Source: the human T2T-CHM13v2.0 reference genome, Homo sapiens
Reading direction: 5' to 3' (one strand)
Assembly: GCF_009914755.1 (NCBI RefSeq)
Contig: NC_060943.1
DNA: 64,000 nucleotides
Each line of letters begins with the position of its first letter. Positions within the stretch are counted from its first letter, which is position 1. The translations under genes were made by a program, and so were the position numbers. The notes beneath the pieces were generated by a model that saw only the letters and a program-made list of their open reading frames with translations, had not been told where the DNA came from and did not search any database. Positions 42,603 to 64,000 of this stretch are shown in pieces.

Positions 42603-43012
42603 GCAGGCCATTGGGAAGCAGCTCTCAGCTGGCAGTGGGTGCATGGGAGAGGGGAAGTTCTGTTCAGTAGACATCAGGCAGAGAGAAAAGAAATCAGGCA
42701 GTGGGGAGAAGCAGGTGGAGCCATGAGATCGTGGAGGATTGCGGGTGTCTCCTCAACCAGGGATGCTCTCCGAGTATAAGAAGAATCACCAGGCAGGGAC
42801 CAAGCTCAGGAAGAGGGGTGCATGAAAACCATGTTTGCCCAGAGAGCCCCCAATGAGGGAGGTGGGGTGGGTTCCAAGCCTTCTTCACTTGAGAACACTG
42901 TATTCTGAATCCCAGATGGAGTCATTTCACGGGCTTCAAGTCCAGGGCACTGCTTTTAGGGGGCAGAAGAGGCATCTCTGGGGGACTGCCTGGAAGAGGC
43001 AGCCAGGAATCT

Positions 43013-43273
<261 letters not shown>

Positions 43274-43359
43274 TCAGTGAATCTTCAAAATAACCCTAAC
43301 TACGCGGCCTCACGATTTCCATTTCACAAAGACAGCAACTAAGACTCAATTGCTCCATG

Positions 43360-44655
43360 GAGGGATGGATGGGTGGATGGATGGATGGACATAAGCCAAA
43401 GGCTCCCTGTTGCCTCTTGGGACTCAGTTTACTCCTGGCAAAGGAGGCTGCTTTTGAGGCTGGGTGCAGTGGCTGGACAGATGATATGGAGGTTCACACT
43501 GCATATCATCATTGCAACTAAGACTCAACTGCTCCATGGATGGATGGATAGGTGGGTAGGTGTGTAAAGAAGTTAGGGAATAGATGGGTAGATGAGTGGA
43601 CAGGTGGGTGGATAGTGGGTGAGTGGATGGATGATGGATGGGGGTATGGATGACTGGATGAACGGGTGGATGGCTAGGTGGGTGAGTGGTTGGAAGGATG
43701 GATGGATGGGTGGGTGGGTGGATAGATGGATGATGAATGGATGAGTAGACAGATGAATGGGTGGGTGGGTGGATGGGTGAGTGGATAGTTGAGTGGGTGG
43801 ACGGATGGTAGGTGGATAGGTGATGGATGGATGGTGGGTGAATTGATGGGTGGGTGGGTGGATAAGTGAATGGGTGGATGAATGGATGGATGAGTGGGTG
43901 GATGAATTAATGAATGGGTGGGTGAACAGATGGGTGACTGAGTTGGCGAATGAATGGATGAGTGAGTGTGTGGGTGGGCGGATGATGGCTGGGTGATTGA
44001 TGGATGGTGGATGGAAGGATGATAGATGGATGGGTGGATGGATGAATGAATGGGTTGGTGGATGAATGGATGGATGGGTGGGTGGATGGATGAGTAGATA
44101 AGTAGTTACATGAATGGACTGCTGCATGGAGGTTGAATAAATGAATTGGAAGATAAATGAATACATTGCAGGAAGGAGAGACTGATGGATCAGTGGATGG
44201 GGGTATGCAGAATGGAGAATGGGTGGATGGGAGTATAGATGGATGTATAGATCAATGAATGAATGTATAGGTGGATGGATGGATGAGTAGATAAGCAGTT
44301 GGGTGAATTGATGGTTGCATGGAGGGAGGGACAGATTAATAAGTAGATGAATGGATGAATTGGAGGAAGAAGAGAATGACATACCAATGGATAGGTAGAT
44401 GGAGGATGAATGAGACTGTAGGTGGGTGGATGGATCAATGAGCTAATGGATAGATAGACTGATGGATGGACAGTTGGAGAGTGAAGACTGCATAGTTCGA
44501 TGGACGCATAGGTGGGTGGGTGCGTGTATCAGTGAGTGGACAGATCAATGGGCTAATGGGTAGGTGGACTGATGGATGGGTGGTTGGAGGGTGAGGACTG
44601 CACGGGCAGACTGATAGATGGATGTACAAGTGGATGGTTGGGTGGATGGATGGAG
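43360..44655. repeat. Degenerate (TGGA)n simple repeat in SMIM24 intron 3
   Basis: ggatggat/gggtggat arrays, briefly interrupted at ~43395-43535. Confidence 0.9.
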
Positions 44656-44907
44656 GATTGAACAAGGCAGAAAGGAAGCTACAGGTACAGGTGCACAGGT
44701 GGGATCCAGATCCCCCAGTACATCCTGGGAGTAGGAATCATATTTTACTGGGGCTGAGCCAGGTCTTAGACAAAGCCACCACTCAGGTCCTCTCCCTCAG
44801 GCACATCTTGGACTCAGCTGAGACTCTCCCAGCCAGGCTGGTCACCTCCCAGCTCCCACTCTCCTACTCCTGTCCCCAAGCCTTTGCCCAAGACAGAGCC
44901 CCCAGCC

Positions 44908-46060
44908 CTGGATGGATGGATGGATGGATGGATGGAAGGATGGATGGATGGATAAATGGGTAGGTGGATGGATGGCTGTGTGGGTGGATGAATGAGTGAA
45001 TAGATGGGTGATGGATGGATAGGTGATGGATGGATGGATGGATGGGTGGATGGGTGGGTGGGTGGATGGATGATGGATTGATGGGTGGATGAATAGATGG
45101 GTGGGTGGATGGATGGTGAATGGATGGCTGATGGATAGATGGGTGGGTAGATGGATGGGTGTGTGAACAGATGAGTGGGTGGGTGGATGGGTGAGTGGGT
45201 GGATGGATTGGTGAATGGATAGGTCGGGGGGGTGGGTGAGTGAATAGATGGGTGATGGATGGATGGATGGATGGATGGATGGATGGATGGATGGATCATG
45301 GATGGTCGGTGGATGGATGGTGGGTGGGTGGATGGGTAGGTGATGAATGGATGGGGGTGGGTGATGGATGGATGAGTGATGAATGGATGGGTGAGTGGGT
45401 GGACGGGTTGGTGAATGGATGGGTTGGGGGATGGGTGAGTGGATGGATGGATGGATGGATGGATGGATGGATGATAGACAGATGGTGGGTGGATGGATGG
45501 TGGGTGGGTGGATGGGTAGGTGATGGGTGGATGGGTGATGAATGGATGGGGGGTGATGAATGGATGGGTGAGTGGGTGGATAAGTGGTAGGTGAATAGAT
45601 GGGTGGGTGGGCAGCTGGGTGAGTGAACAGATGGGTGATGAATGGATGATGGATGGATGGATGATGGATGGATGGATGGTGGGTGATGGATGGATGGGTG
45701 AGTGGGTAGATGGGTGAGTGGGTGGATGGGTGAGTGGGTGAATGGGTGATGGATGGGTGAGTGGGTGGATGGGTGAGTGGGTGGATAGGTGAGTGGGTGA
45801 ATGGGTGAGTGGGTGGATGGGTGAGTGGGTGGATGGGTGGGTGATGGATGGATGGATGGTGGGTGATGGATGGATGGTGGGTGATGGATGGATGGGTGAG
45901 TGGGTGAATGGGTGAGTGGGTGGATGGGTGAGTGGGTGAATGGGTGAGTGGGTGGATGAGTGGATGATGGATGGATGGATGGTGGGTGAGTGGGTGAATG
46001 GGTGAGTGGATGAATGGGTGAGTGGGTGGATGAGTGGGTGATGGGTGGATGGAAGATGGA
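44908..46060. repeat. (TGGA)n/(TGGGTGAG)n simple repeat in SMIM24 intron 3
   Basis: ~1.15 kb almost free of C on the + strand. Confidence 0.93.
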
Positions 46061-46554
46061 GGTCTGCATCCCTGAGTCCTCTGTGGGAATCCTCAGGTTG
46101 GGAGGCAGTCAGAGCCATAGGAGGCACTGAGTCCAGGTGGGTCGCCCATACCTAGGCCTTGTACAGACACCTACACAATCCTACACCACAGTCTTCTTCA
46201 ACAGGTATTTATTAAGCACCTCCTGTGTTCCAGGCCCAATGCTGGGTATGAGGACACAGCCAGGACAAAAGCTAAGTTGCCTACACAACTGGAAGGCACC
46301 ACGTAATGTCTCAAAATTAGTGAACAACTAAGACAGCTCCACTGGTGATAAGCATGAATCAGACTTGGGGCTGGGGACAGTGTCAGGAAGGCTGGTGGCC
46401 AGGCTGGAAACCCCTGACTAGGGACTGGAGGAGGAGAAGGAGCTGCCAGAAGATACAGGAAAGGTGAAGATCCCAGGGCAGGAATGTGTTTGAAGGATTC
46501 AGGACAGCAAGGTCATCTGCGCACACCCATTCCCCCACCCCGAGGAGGGGTTCA

Positions 46555-46725
<171 letters not shown>

Positions 46726-46728
46726 TCA

Positions 46729-47121
<393 letters not shown>

Positions 47122-47289
47122 TCAGAGGAAGAAAAGGTCAGAAGACCCCCTTCCCCCACCACCCTAGCAAGGAGAGAGAGAAGGTCACTGGGGGTGCTCC
47201 GACAGAGGGGGTATTGGAAAGGGACGGAGCTTCAGAGACCTGGATGGCGTAGGGGGGTCGGGAGGGTTTAGAGAGGGGGAGGGTACCTT

Positions 47290-48290
47290 ACCAGAGTGGG
47301 AGGGAGCCTGGGGGCCCAGAGAGGGGAGGGGCTTATAAAAGAAGGGGGGCTTAGAGGGGACGGAGTTTACAAATCAGGAGGGCTCAGAAGGGGCGGGGCT
47401 TATAATGCAGGCAGAGGCTCAGGGGGAGGGGCTTATAAAGGCGGACCTCAGAAGGGCGGGGCTTATGACAAAGGAGTGGCTCAGGGGTGGGGTTTATAAA
47501 GGAGAACAAGCTCAGGGGAGGGGCTTATGAAGGAGGAGGCGGCTCAGATGGGGAGGGCTTATAAAGAAGAGTCTGGGGGGTTGGGGCTTACAACAGAGGA
47601 GCTGTTGGGGGGAGCTTATAAAAGGAGGCAGAGGCTTAGAGGGAGGGGCTTATAAAGGAGGAGCTCAGAGGGGAGGTGCTTATAAGGGGAGAGGGTCTCA
47701 GAGTGGGAGGGGCTTATAAAGGCGGCAGAGGCTCAGGAGGAGGGGCTTATAAAGAAGGAGGAGCTCAGAGGGGAGGGGCTTACAACAGACGAGGGGCTCA
47801 GGGAGGGGTCTATAAAGGATGAGTGAGAAGGAGGGGCTTACAGAGGAGGAAGAGGCTCAGATGGGGAGGGGCTTGTGAACTAGGGGGCTCAGAGTGGGAG
47901 GGGCTTGTAGAGGAGGCAGAGGCTCAGGGGGAGGGGCTTATAAAGAAGGAGGAGCTCAGAGGGGAGGGGCTTACAGAGGAGGAGGGACTCGGGGAGGGGT
48001 TTATAAAGGAGGGAGAGTGAGAAGGAGGTGCTTACAAAGGAGGAAGGGGCTCGGATGGGGAGAGGCTTGTGAACTAGGGGGCTCAGAGGGAGAGGGGCTT
48101 ATAGAGGAGGCAGAGGCTCAGGGGGAGGGGCTTATAAAGAAGGAGGAGCCCAGAGGGGAGGGGCTTACAGAGGAGGAGGGGCTCGGGGAGGGGTTTATAA
48201 AGGAGGAGGAGTGAGAAGGAGCGGTTCACAAAAGAGGCGGGGACTCAGATGGGGAGGGGCTTGTAAAGGAGGCCCGAGCTCAGAGTGGGG
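47290..48290. repeat. G-rich ~28-bp minisatellite (GGGGAGGGGCTTATAAAGGAGGAG..CTCAGA) with 194-bp higher-order period, SMIM24 intron 1
   Basis: The anchor gtgagaagga recurs at 47823, 48017 and 48211. Confidence 0.88.
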
Positions 48291-48563
48291 CCGAGCTCAA
48301 GGCGGGGGGTTCAGCCAGGTGTGCTCAGAAGGGCTGGAGAGGGGAAAGGCTCGGGTGGGCGGTGGGGGGTCCCTTACAGAGGAGGGCAGAGCCCAGCGAG
48401 GGGGAGGCCGGGCGGTACTGCGGGGGTTGAGAAGGGCCTCCAAGCCACTCTTCCTTTTCTTCCTGCCCCCTCTCCTTTTTCTCGCCATGGAAAATTGGGA
48501 GATGGTGATCACCTGACCAACTCCCCCATCCCGCGACGCCCCCTCCCGCCCCCCTGCACCTAC

Positions 48564-48630
48564 CCTGCTGGGCCTCCACCGGGGAGAGGAGCAGAAACTC
48601 CAGCACCAGAAGGGCCCCCAGGGTCTCCAT
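48564..48630 (-). CDS. SMIM24: SMIM24 coding exon 1: METLGALLVLEFLLLSPVEAQQ (signal peptide-like/hydrophobic)
   Basis: GTC-ATG-G Kozak context at 48630; donor G|GTAGGT; 67 bp, phase 1. Confidence 0.93.
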
Positions 48631-48689
48631 GACGGTCGAGTGAGCCAGCAGCCAGCCAGCGGCGGTCCCGGGTCGGCGTCCACAGGTTT

Positions 48690-48880
48690 GGTGTGGGCGA
48701 GGCCCTGCCTCCCCGTGATAAGGCACAGGCGGTCCCCGGGCGGGGGATGCCTGAGACCTGGGAGCGGGGCCCGCCCCTGGCACCACCTGATTGGGCATCC
48801 TGCCCCTCCCCTGCCAGCTCCTGCCCCATCGCTCTCCCTCCGGGAGGCCAGACTCTGGACCTGTGTAACAATTAACTGAG
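48690..48880 (-). promoter_or_regulatory. SMIM24: SMIM24 proximal promoter: GATA site, GC-rich box, CCAAT box, HNF1-like site
   Basis: TGATAA at 48716-48721; ggggcccgcccc at ~48767; CCAATCAG on the - strand at ~48788-48794; GTTAATTGTTACA on the - strand at 48876-48864. Confidence 0.5.
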
Positions 48881-49059
48881 GGAGTCCCTCCTCCCTGCAC
48901 CCTGCCCTGGGGACCATCAGCCTCAGGGCCACCCCTTTGTGATCCCTGCTGCAGGGGCTGAGCTGAGATGGCTGCGACCTCCCGTCCCGGCCCAGGCCCC
49001 GTGCCACTCTGGACACAGGGGGAACTCACAAATACAACTGGAATATCTTAAGAAGGGTG

Positions 49060-49650
49060 CGCCCACCCAGTGCCTCACACCTGTAATCCCACTACATTGA
49101 GAGGCCAACGCGGGCAGATCCTTGAGCCTAACCTGGGCAACTTAGTCAAGCCCTACCTCTACAAAAGTAGAAAAATTAGCCAGGCGCGGCGGGCACCTGC
49201 AGGCCCAGCTACTAGGGTGTGCTGAAGTGGGAGGATCACTTGAGCCCAGGAGTTTGAGGCTGCAGCCAGTTATGGCCGCACCACCGCACTCCAGCCTGGG
49301 TGACAGAGGAAGACCCTGTCTCAAAGGAAATAAAAAAAATTAGAAATACAAAGAGTTACCAAGGCTGGGTACAGTGTCTCACGCCTGTAATCCCAGCACT
49401 CTGGGAGGCTAAGGCGGGAGAATCGCTTGAGGCCAGGAGTTCCAGACCAACCTCCTCCCGTCTCTAAAATAAAAAATGTAAAACTTAGCTGAGCATGGTG
49501 GCCTGCACCTGTAGTCTCAGCTACTCAAAGAGACTGAGGTGAGAGGATCGCTTGAGCCCAGGAGTTCGAGGCTGCAGCGAGCTACGACTGCACCACTGCA
49601 TGCACCACCGCACTCCAGCCTGGGCAACAGAACAAGACCTTGTCTCTCAA
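49060..49650 (+). mobile_element. Two degenerate AluJ-like elements between SMIM24 and SMIM44
   Basis: Alu consensus. Confidence 0.8.
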
Positions 49651-50970
49651 AGCAAATTTGAGAGTCACCTTTTGTGCTCTCAGAGTACACATGAGGCTCC
49701 GTGCTCGGCAATTTCACAGATCGCATTTCCTTTTCTTAACACCCCGCGAAATGGTGCCGGTCTCATTGTGCCCAGGAAAGTCAAGGTCACGCAGCAGGTC
49801 TGACCTGGGATTTGAAGCTGGGTCTGCCTCGCCCCCAGCTTATCCTGCCTCGCCCAGGCTCTTGGCCCCTGAGGACCCACAAGCAGCCATGGGAGCACAC
49901 AGGGACAGGGAAGGTGTGCAGAGGCCACATGCCCGTGGTCCACCTGCAAACCGGGACGCTCTCACGTGGGGATGCCCGGGAGCGTTGATGACTCAGGCTC
50001 CAGGCTCTCCTGTCCTCAACCTTGGTCCCTCGGCTGATTAGATAGTGGGCCCTGCCCGGGCGAAGGGGGACCCCGCCCCAGCTGACACGGGAGCAGCCAT
50101 GGCCCAGACGAGTGGTAGGAAGGCCCGGCGTCATCGCACAGGTGTTTATGGAGCGCCTGCTGAGTCGCTGTCACTTCCTCTCTTCCGGAGGTCTGCGGAT
50201 GACCGCTGAGCAGACCGGCCACTCAGCAGGATGGGGCTCACACATCCCAGCCCCAGGATGGCCACAGGTCTGCTTGAACCAGCCAGGCAGGCATCTATTA
50301 AACTCTGACTGTGTATCCCGTCTTGTGCAGGGCTTGGAAGAGAAGGAGGCCTTGGTGCTGTCTGGGAGCTCTCGATCTGATTAGGAAGTCAGGACCACCC
50401 CCCAGAGACAAGCAAACCCAGCAGCCGAGGCGGGGGCTGGAGAAGATTTGGAGGTAGGGGAGCCCAGCAGAGGGGGTGGGGGCAGGACCCGCCTTGGAGA
50501 TCCTGCCCTCCAAAGTCAGTCAGTTGTCTGGGCTTTTTCTGAGAAAAGCACTCTGTGCTCTGAGACCTTGGCGAAGCCACTTCATCACTGCGTGCCTCGG
50601 TTTCCCCATCTGTTAAGTGGGGGCGATCAGTCCTACCTCGGAGGATTAAATGAGATACTGCATAGAAAAAGCCTGCTCTGCACAGCAGCAGGTACACGCT
50701 AAGCACTCGGTAAGGTTGGCCGATAATATTACAACGTTTTAAATCGCCCTAGTGTTTCTAATTCACAGTTTGCTGACGGCTTGGCTGAGGCTGAGCCGGG
50801 CAGGCTCTGCGTATGTGAAAGTCGCCAGCGTCCAACCCCCGGAACCTGCCGGCTGGGAAGGAGAAAGCCGTCCGCTGCGACCGGGCAGCTCAGGGTTTGC
50901 AGAAAGGGCTCCGGCGCGCGTAAGTTCTGTCTACACGACCGCCAAAGCGTCCGGAACCCGGATTCAGGAT

Positions 50971-51279
<309 letters not shown>

Positions 51280-51282
51280 TCA

Positions 51283-58235
<6,953 letters not shown>

Positions 58236-58261
58236 ACCTATAATCAAACATGTGACTTCCA

Positions 58262-58445
58262 GGCAGGTTTCTCAACCTCTGCACTCATTTGGGGCCGGAT
58301 CATTCTCTGTTGTGGGGACCGAGTGCTGGAGGTTATCTTCCAGCATCCCTGGCCTCCCCCGACTACCTGACTAGATGCCAGCTGCACACCCCCACCCCCC
58401 ACCCCATGACAAGCTAAACTGATGCCCCGGGGCAGGATCCAGCAC
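58262..58445 (-). mobile_element. MER20
   Basis: caggtttctcaacctctgcac...tttggggccggatcattctctgttgtgggg...ctagatgcca. Confidence 0.7.
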
Positions 58446-59007
58446 TCCGGTGGAGAACATGGCTCAGTGGATAGTCGGTTCCCGTTGCGTTTTGCCTCCT
58501 GTCTTCTGGTTTTGGCCTCTCTGGCTGCAGACCAGGAGCTCTGCACCTGAGATTCTACCGCTATGCCTATTTTACAGAGAGGTAAGTGGGCTGTCCCCAG
58601 CCACACATGGAAGGGCTGCGGGAGCCGGCGGAGGAAGCCATGTCTGGGCTCTCAGCTGGACCACAGAACCCCTTCCACTGCACCCACAACAGGAGCTGGG
58701 GGAAGACGGGGGTCCGGGAAGGGCCAGGCTGGAGGGCTGTTTCCCCAGAGCCCACTTGGAGGGAGCTGGCTGGGCAGATCTGACCAGGTAACCGCACATA
58801 AAACAGGTGCAGGCCTGCCTGTCGCTGGTGGTGGCTCAGTGTCAGCAGCAGGACAGATCCTAGAGCCAATGGCTGCGGATACAACCGTCTCCCCGCCCAG
58901 ACGCCACACACTCTCGGGGAACGTTCCCTGAAAGCCCCCACCCCTCCCTCCCTCCCACGCTCCCCTCACCCAACACACTCAGAGGAGTCAGTGCTTGGCA
59001 AAAATAA

Positions 59008-59013
59008 TTTAAT
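59008..59013 (-). terminator. DOHH: DOHH poly(A) signal ATTAAA
   Basis: tttaat on the + strand ~650 bp past the stop, the only AT-rich patch nearby. Confidence 0.7.
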
Positions 59014-59210
59014 ATTCCATCTGGGCAGCGCTCTGAGGTCTGCTTGTCCCTCCCTGGCCCCTGTGCCCTACCTGACCCACTCAGGGACCACCACCCTGTC
59101 CCTACCCAGGCCTCGGGGTGGGGGAGTCAGAGGCCCCCAGACCCTGTGTCCCATTCCTAGTGAAGCTGAAGCCACCATAACGTCAGCCTCTTCCCAGAGC
59201 CCCAGCTCTG

Positions 59211-59377
59211 CCCCTGGCTTCCCTCGCGATCCTCCCCTGGCTCCCCTCGCGATCCTCCCTTGGCTTCCCTCGCGATCCTCCCCTGGCTTCCCTCGCGATC
59301 CTCCCCTGGCTTCCCTCGCGATCCTCCCCTGGCTTCCCTCGCGATCCTCCCCTGGCTTCCCTCGCAATCCTCCCCTG
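59211..59377. repeat. 23-bp minisatellite x7 (CCCCTGGCTTCCCTCGCGATCCT) in the DOHH 3'UTR
   Basis: Seven near-identical tandem units read directly from the sequence. Confidence 0.95.
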
Positions 59378-59662
59378 TCCTGAGCCGGGCATCCCAGAGC
59401 CTCCCGCAGAGTCCCACCCCAAGCCTGGAAACTTCCACGCTACAGCCCTGCGCCAGGCCCCGAGGAGCAGTCAGGGGACTCAGGGAGTCACAGCACAACG
59501 GCAGCTCCTCGGTCCCAGACGGAGGAGGGGGACAGCAACCATGCGCCCAGCAAGACACAAGCGATGACACCGATTTACACACACCCGGTTTAGACGCCAA
59601 AGCTCTGCGGGGGAGGAGCGGCCCTCAAGAGTCCTCCGGGAGCTCCGGGTGAGGGTGGGGCC

Positions 59663-59982
59663 CTAGGAGGGGGCCCCGCGCAGCTGCTCCAGGCCGTCCG
59701 CGTACTGGAAGGCCCGCCCGGTCTCGTGCTCATACATGTCCAGAGCCACCTCGCAGCTCTCACGCACCACGCGCTCTGGGTCGTCCGCGTGAGCCTGCAG
59801 CGCGGCCAGGCAGGCGGGCCGGGCAATGGCGCCCAGGGCCTCCGCGCACTCGTGCCGCACCATGGGGTTCTCGGTGCATCGGGCCAGGGCGGCCGCCAGC
59901 TGGGGCACCGCCGCCTCGTGCTGCAGCTGTCCCAGGACGTAGCCGACCTCGTGGCGGAAGAGGGCGCTCCCACAGTGCAGAC
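59663..59982 (-). CDS. DOHH: DOHH terminal coding exon with two His-Glu diiron-ligand motifs (FRHEV, VRHEC), ending ...EQLRGAPS*
   Basis: Acceptor cccctgcag|; TAG at 59665-59663; matches the C-terminal part of ORF 59663..60052. Confidence 0.97.
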
Positions 59983-60432
59983 CTGCAGGGGAGAGGGACA
60001 CTCGCTGGGGCCAGGAGGGGTGGGAAGGGGAGCTCTGTCTTTTCGAAGACATGGGGTCTTGCTATCTTGCCCAGGCAGGTCACAAAGTCCTGGCGATCTT
60101 CCCATCCCGGCCTCCCAAAGTGCTGGGACGACAGGCGTGAGCCACCACGCCCAACCTGGGGTGTTCTACCTTGAAGACACCCCTGCCCCCAGCCCCAGTG
60201 ATTAGGGATGCCCGGGGGAACTGACCGCAGCTATGGGGGCGGGAAAAGCTGGGAGCTATGGGGACCAAGAGGGACGCTTGCACGGGTTCTTAAGAGGCCC
60301 CATGGGAAATGCTTGGGGCCAGGCCCGGGATGCCGTTCCCGGGGGCAGGCCGCGGCCCCACTGCACAGATGCCATCACTGAACCTCACAGCGAGGCACTG
60401 CCCAGGACCCCACCCCAGAAGCCCCTCCTCAC

Positions 60433-60670
60433 CCTCGGCCAGCGCCAGGGCGGCCTCCTCGCCTCCCGCGTTGCGCAGGGCGAACATGGCGCGGTATCGC
60501 TCGAAGAGCGGCCGGGACTCATCCAGCAGCGCCTCCCGCAGGCGCCCCACGTCACGCTCCTCAGCCGGCGGGGCAGGGTCCACGGAGAGGTAGGGTCCCG
60601 CCGCCGGCTCCCCGCCGTGCTGCTGCAGCCACTCCAGCCTGCGCACGGCCAGCTGGCAGGTCTCGGCCAC
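60433..60670 (-). CDS. DOHH: DOHH penultimate coding exon: VAETCQLAVRRLEW...YLSVDPAPP...LFERYRAMFALRNAGGEEAALALAE
   Basis: Flanked by ccccgcag| and |gtgagg; 238 bp; hallmark SVDPAPP and RYRAMFALRN motifs. Confidence 0.97.
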
Positions 60671-61340
60671 CTGCGGGGAGGGGGTATCAGGCAGCGGGTT
60701 GGCCCTGGGGGGTCGCAGGGGCCCTTCCCCACCCCCCGGGATGGCAGCTTAGCAGGGGAGAGAGACACTGGCAGGGTGACTAACCCATCATTCCAGGCAG
60801 GAAGTAAGCCAGCAGGGGTGGCTGACTTGTGAGTGACCGGGGGACTGGAGGGCTGGGGAGGGCCTCAGGGAGGAGGTGATGTGGAGGCAGAGACCTAAGC
60901 CAGCTTAGGGAGGGAATCAGATGGAGACCCGGGGATGGGGAAGCAGCGGTGGAAAGGCCCTGAGGCAGGACCCTGCGGGAGGGGTGAGGGCCAAAGGAAC
61001 ATGTGCGGCCCCACCTGACCAGGTAAGGCCTGCGGGCCACTGTAAGGGCTTGGGATTTTGTCCTAAAGGTGATGAGATATCGTGAGAGCTTTAAGCATGG
61101 AACAGAACAGCAGAATTGAGTGTCACACGTACCCCCGGCTGCCCCGGAGGAGGAGAGACTGAGGGTCGGGGTGGGATGTGGACAAGAAGTGGCAGGGGAG
61201 AAAGGAACATGCATGTCCGTGGCGGCATAACTCATAACAGCTAAAAAGCAGAGACAATTCAAGCATCCAGCCACAGTGAGTGGACACAGCATGGGCCGTC
61301 CACACCACGGAACGTGACTCAGCCACAAAAAGGAATGACG

Positions 61341-64000
<2,660 letters not shown>

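Noticed and set aside
44814-46127. 437-aa and 257-aa His/Pro/Ser/Thr-rich ORFs (also 43573..44382)
   Set aside because: Artefacts of the stop-poor (TCCA)n repeat inside SMIM24 intron 3.

Overview
GC-rich, Alu-dense human (or very closely related primate) genomic DNA. The deduced peptides identify it as the 19p13.3 NFIC-SMIM24-SMIM44-DOHH region. The + strand carries the last eight coding exons of NFIC (exons 4-11, the proline-rich activation region) and a ~6.4 kb 3'UTR. The - strand carries the complete 4-exon SMIM24 (130 aa, MAP17/PDZK1IP1-like), the complete 2-exon SMIM44 (149 aa, missed as a whole by the ORF track) and the last three coding exons plus 3'UTR of DOHH. I located all exon boundaries by reading GT-AG sites and checking frame continuity. 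The rest is Alu, MIR, L2, L1, MER20/MER58/MER53 and MLT1 repeats plus several minisatellites; repeat boundaries and subfamilies are approximate. The most notable unexplained structures are: (1) a phase- and topology-compatible SMIM44-to-SMIM24 read-through, with no canonical poly(A) signal between the genes; (2) a MER20-spacer-MER20 cassette present three times, plus unusually similar L2 copies; (3) a fold-back/template-switch scar that copied 87 bp from an inverted Alu 1.2 kb away; (4) a ZNF143/ETS-type promoter signature over NFIC exon 6; (5) 400 open codons in frame directly after the NFIC UAG-C stop; (6) a GC-box/TATA array in SMIM24 intron 1; and (7) four co-oriented CTCF motifs.
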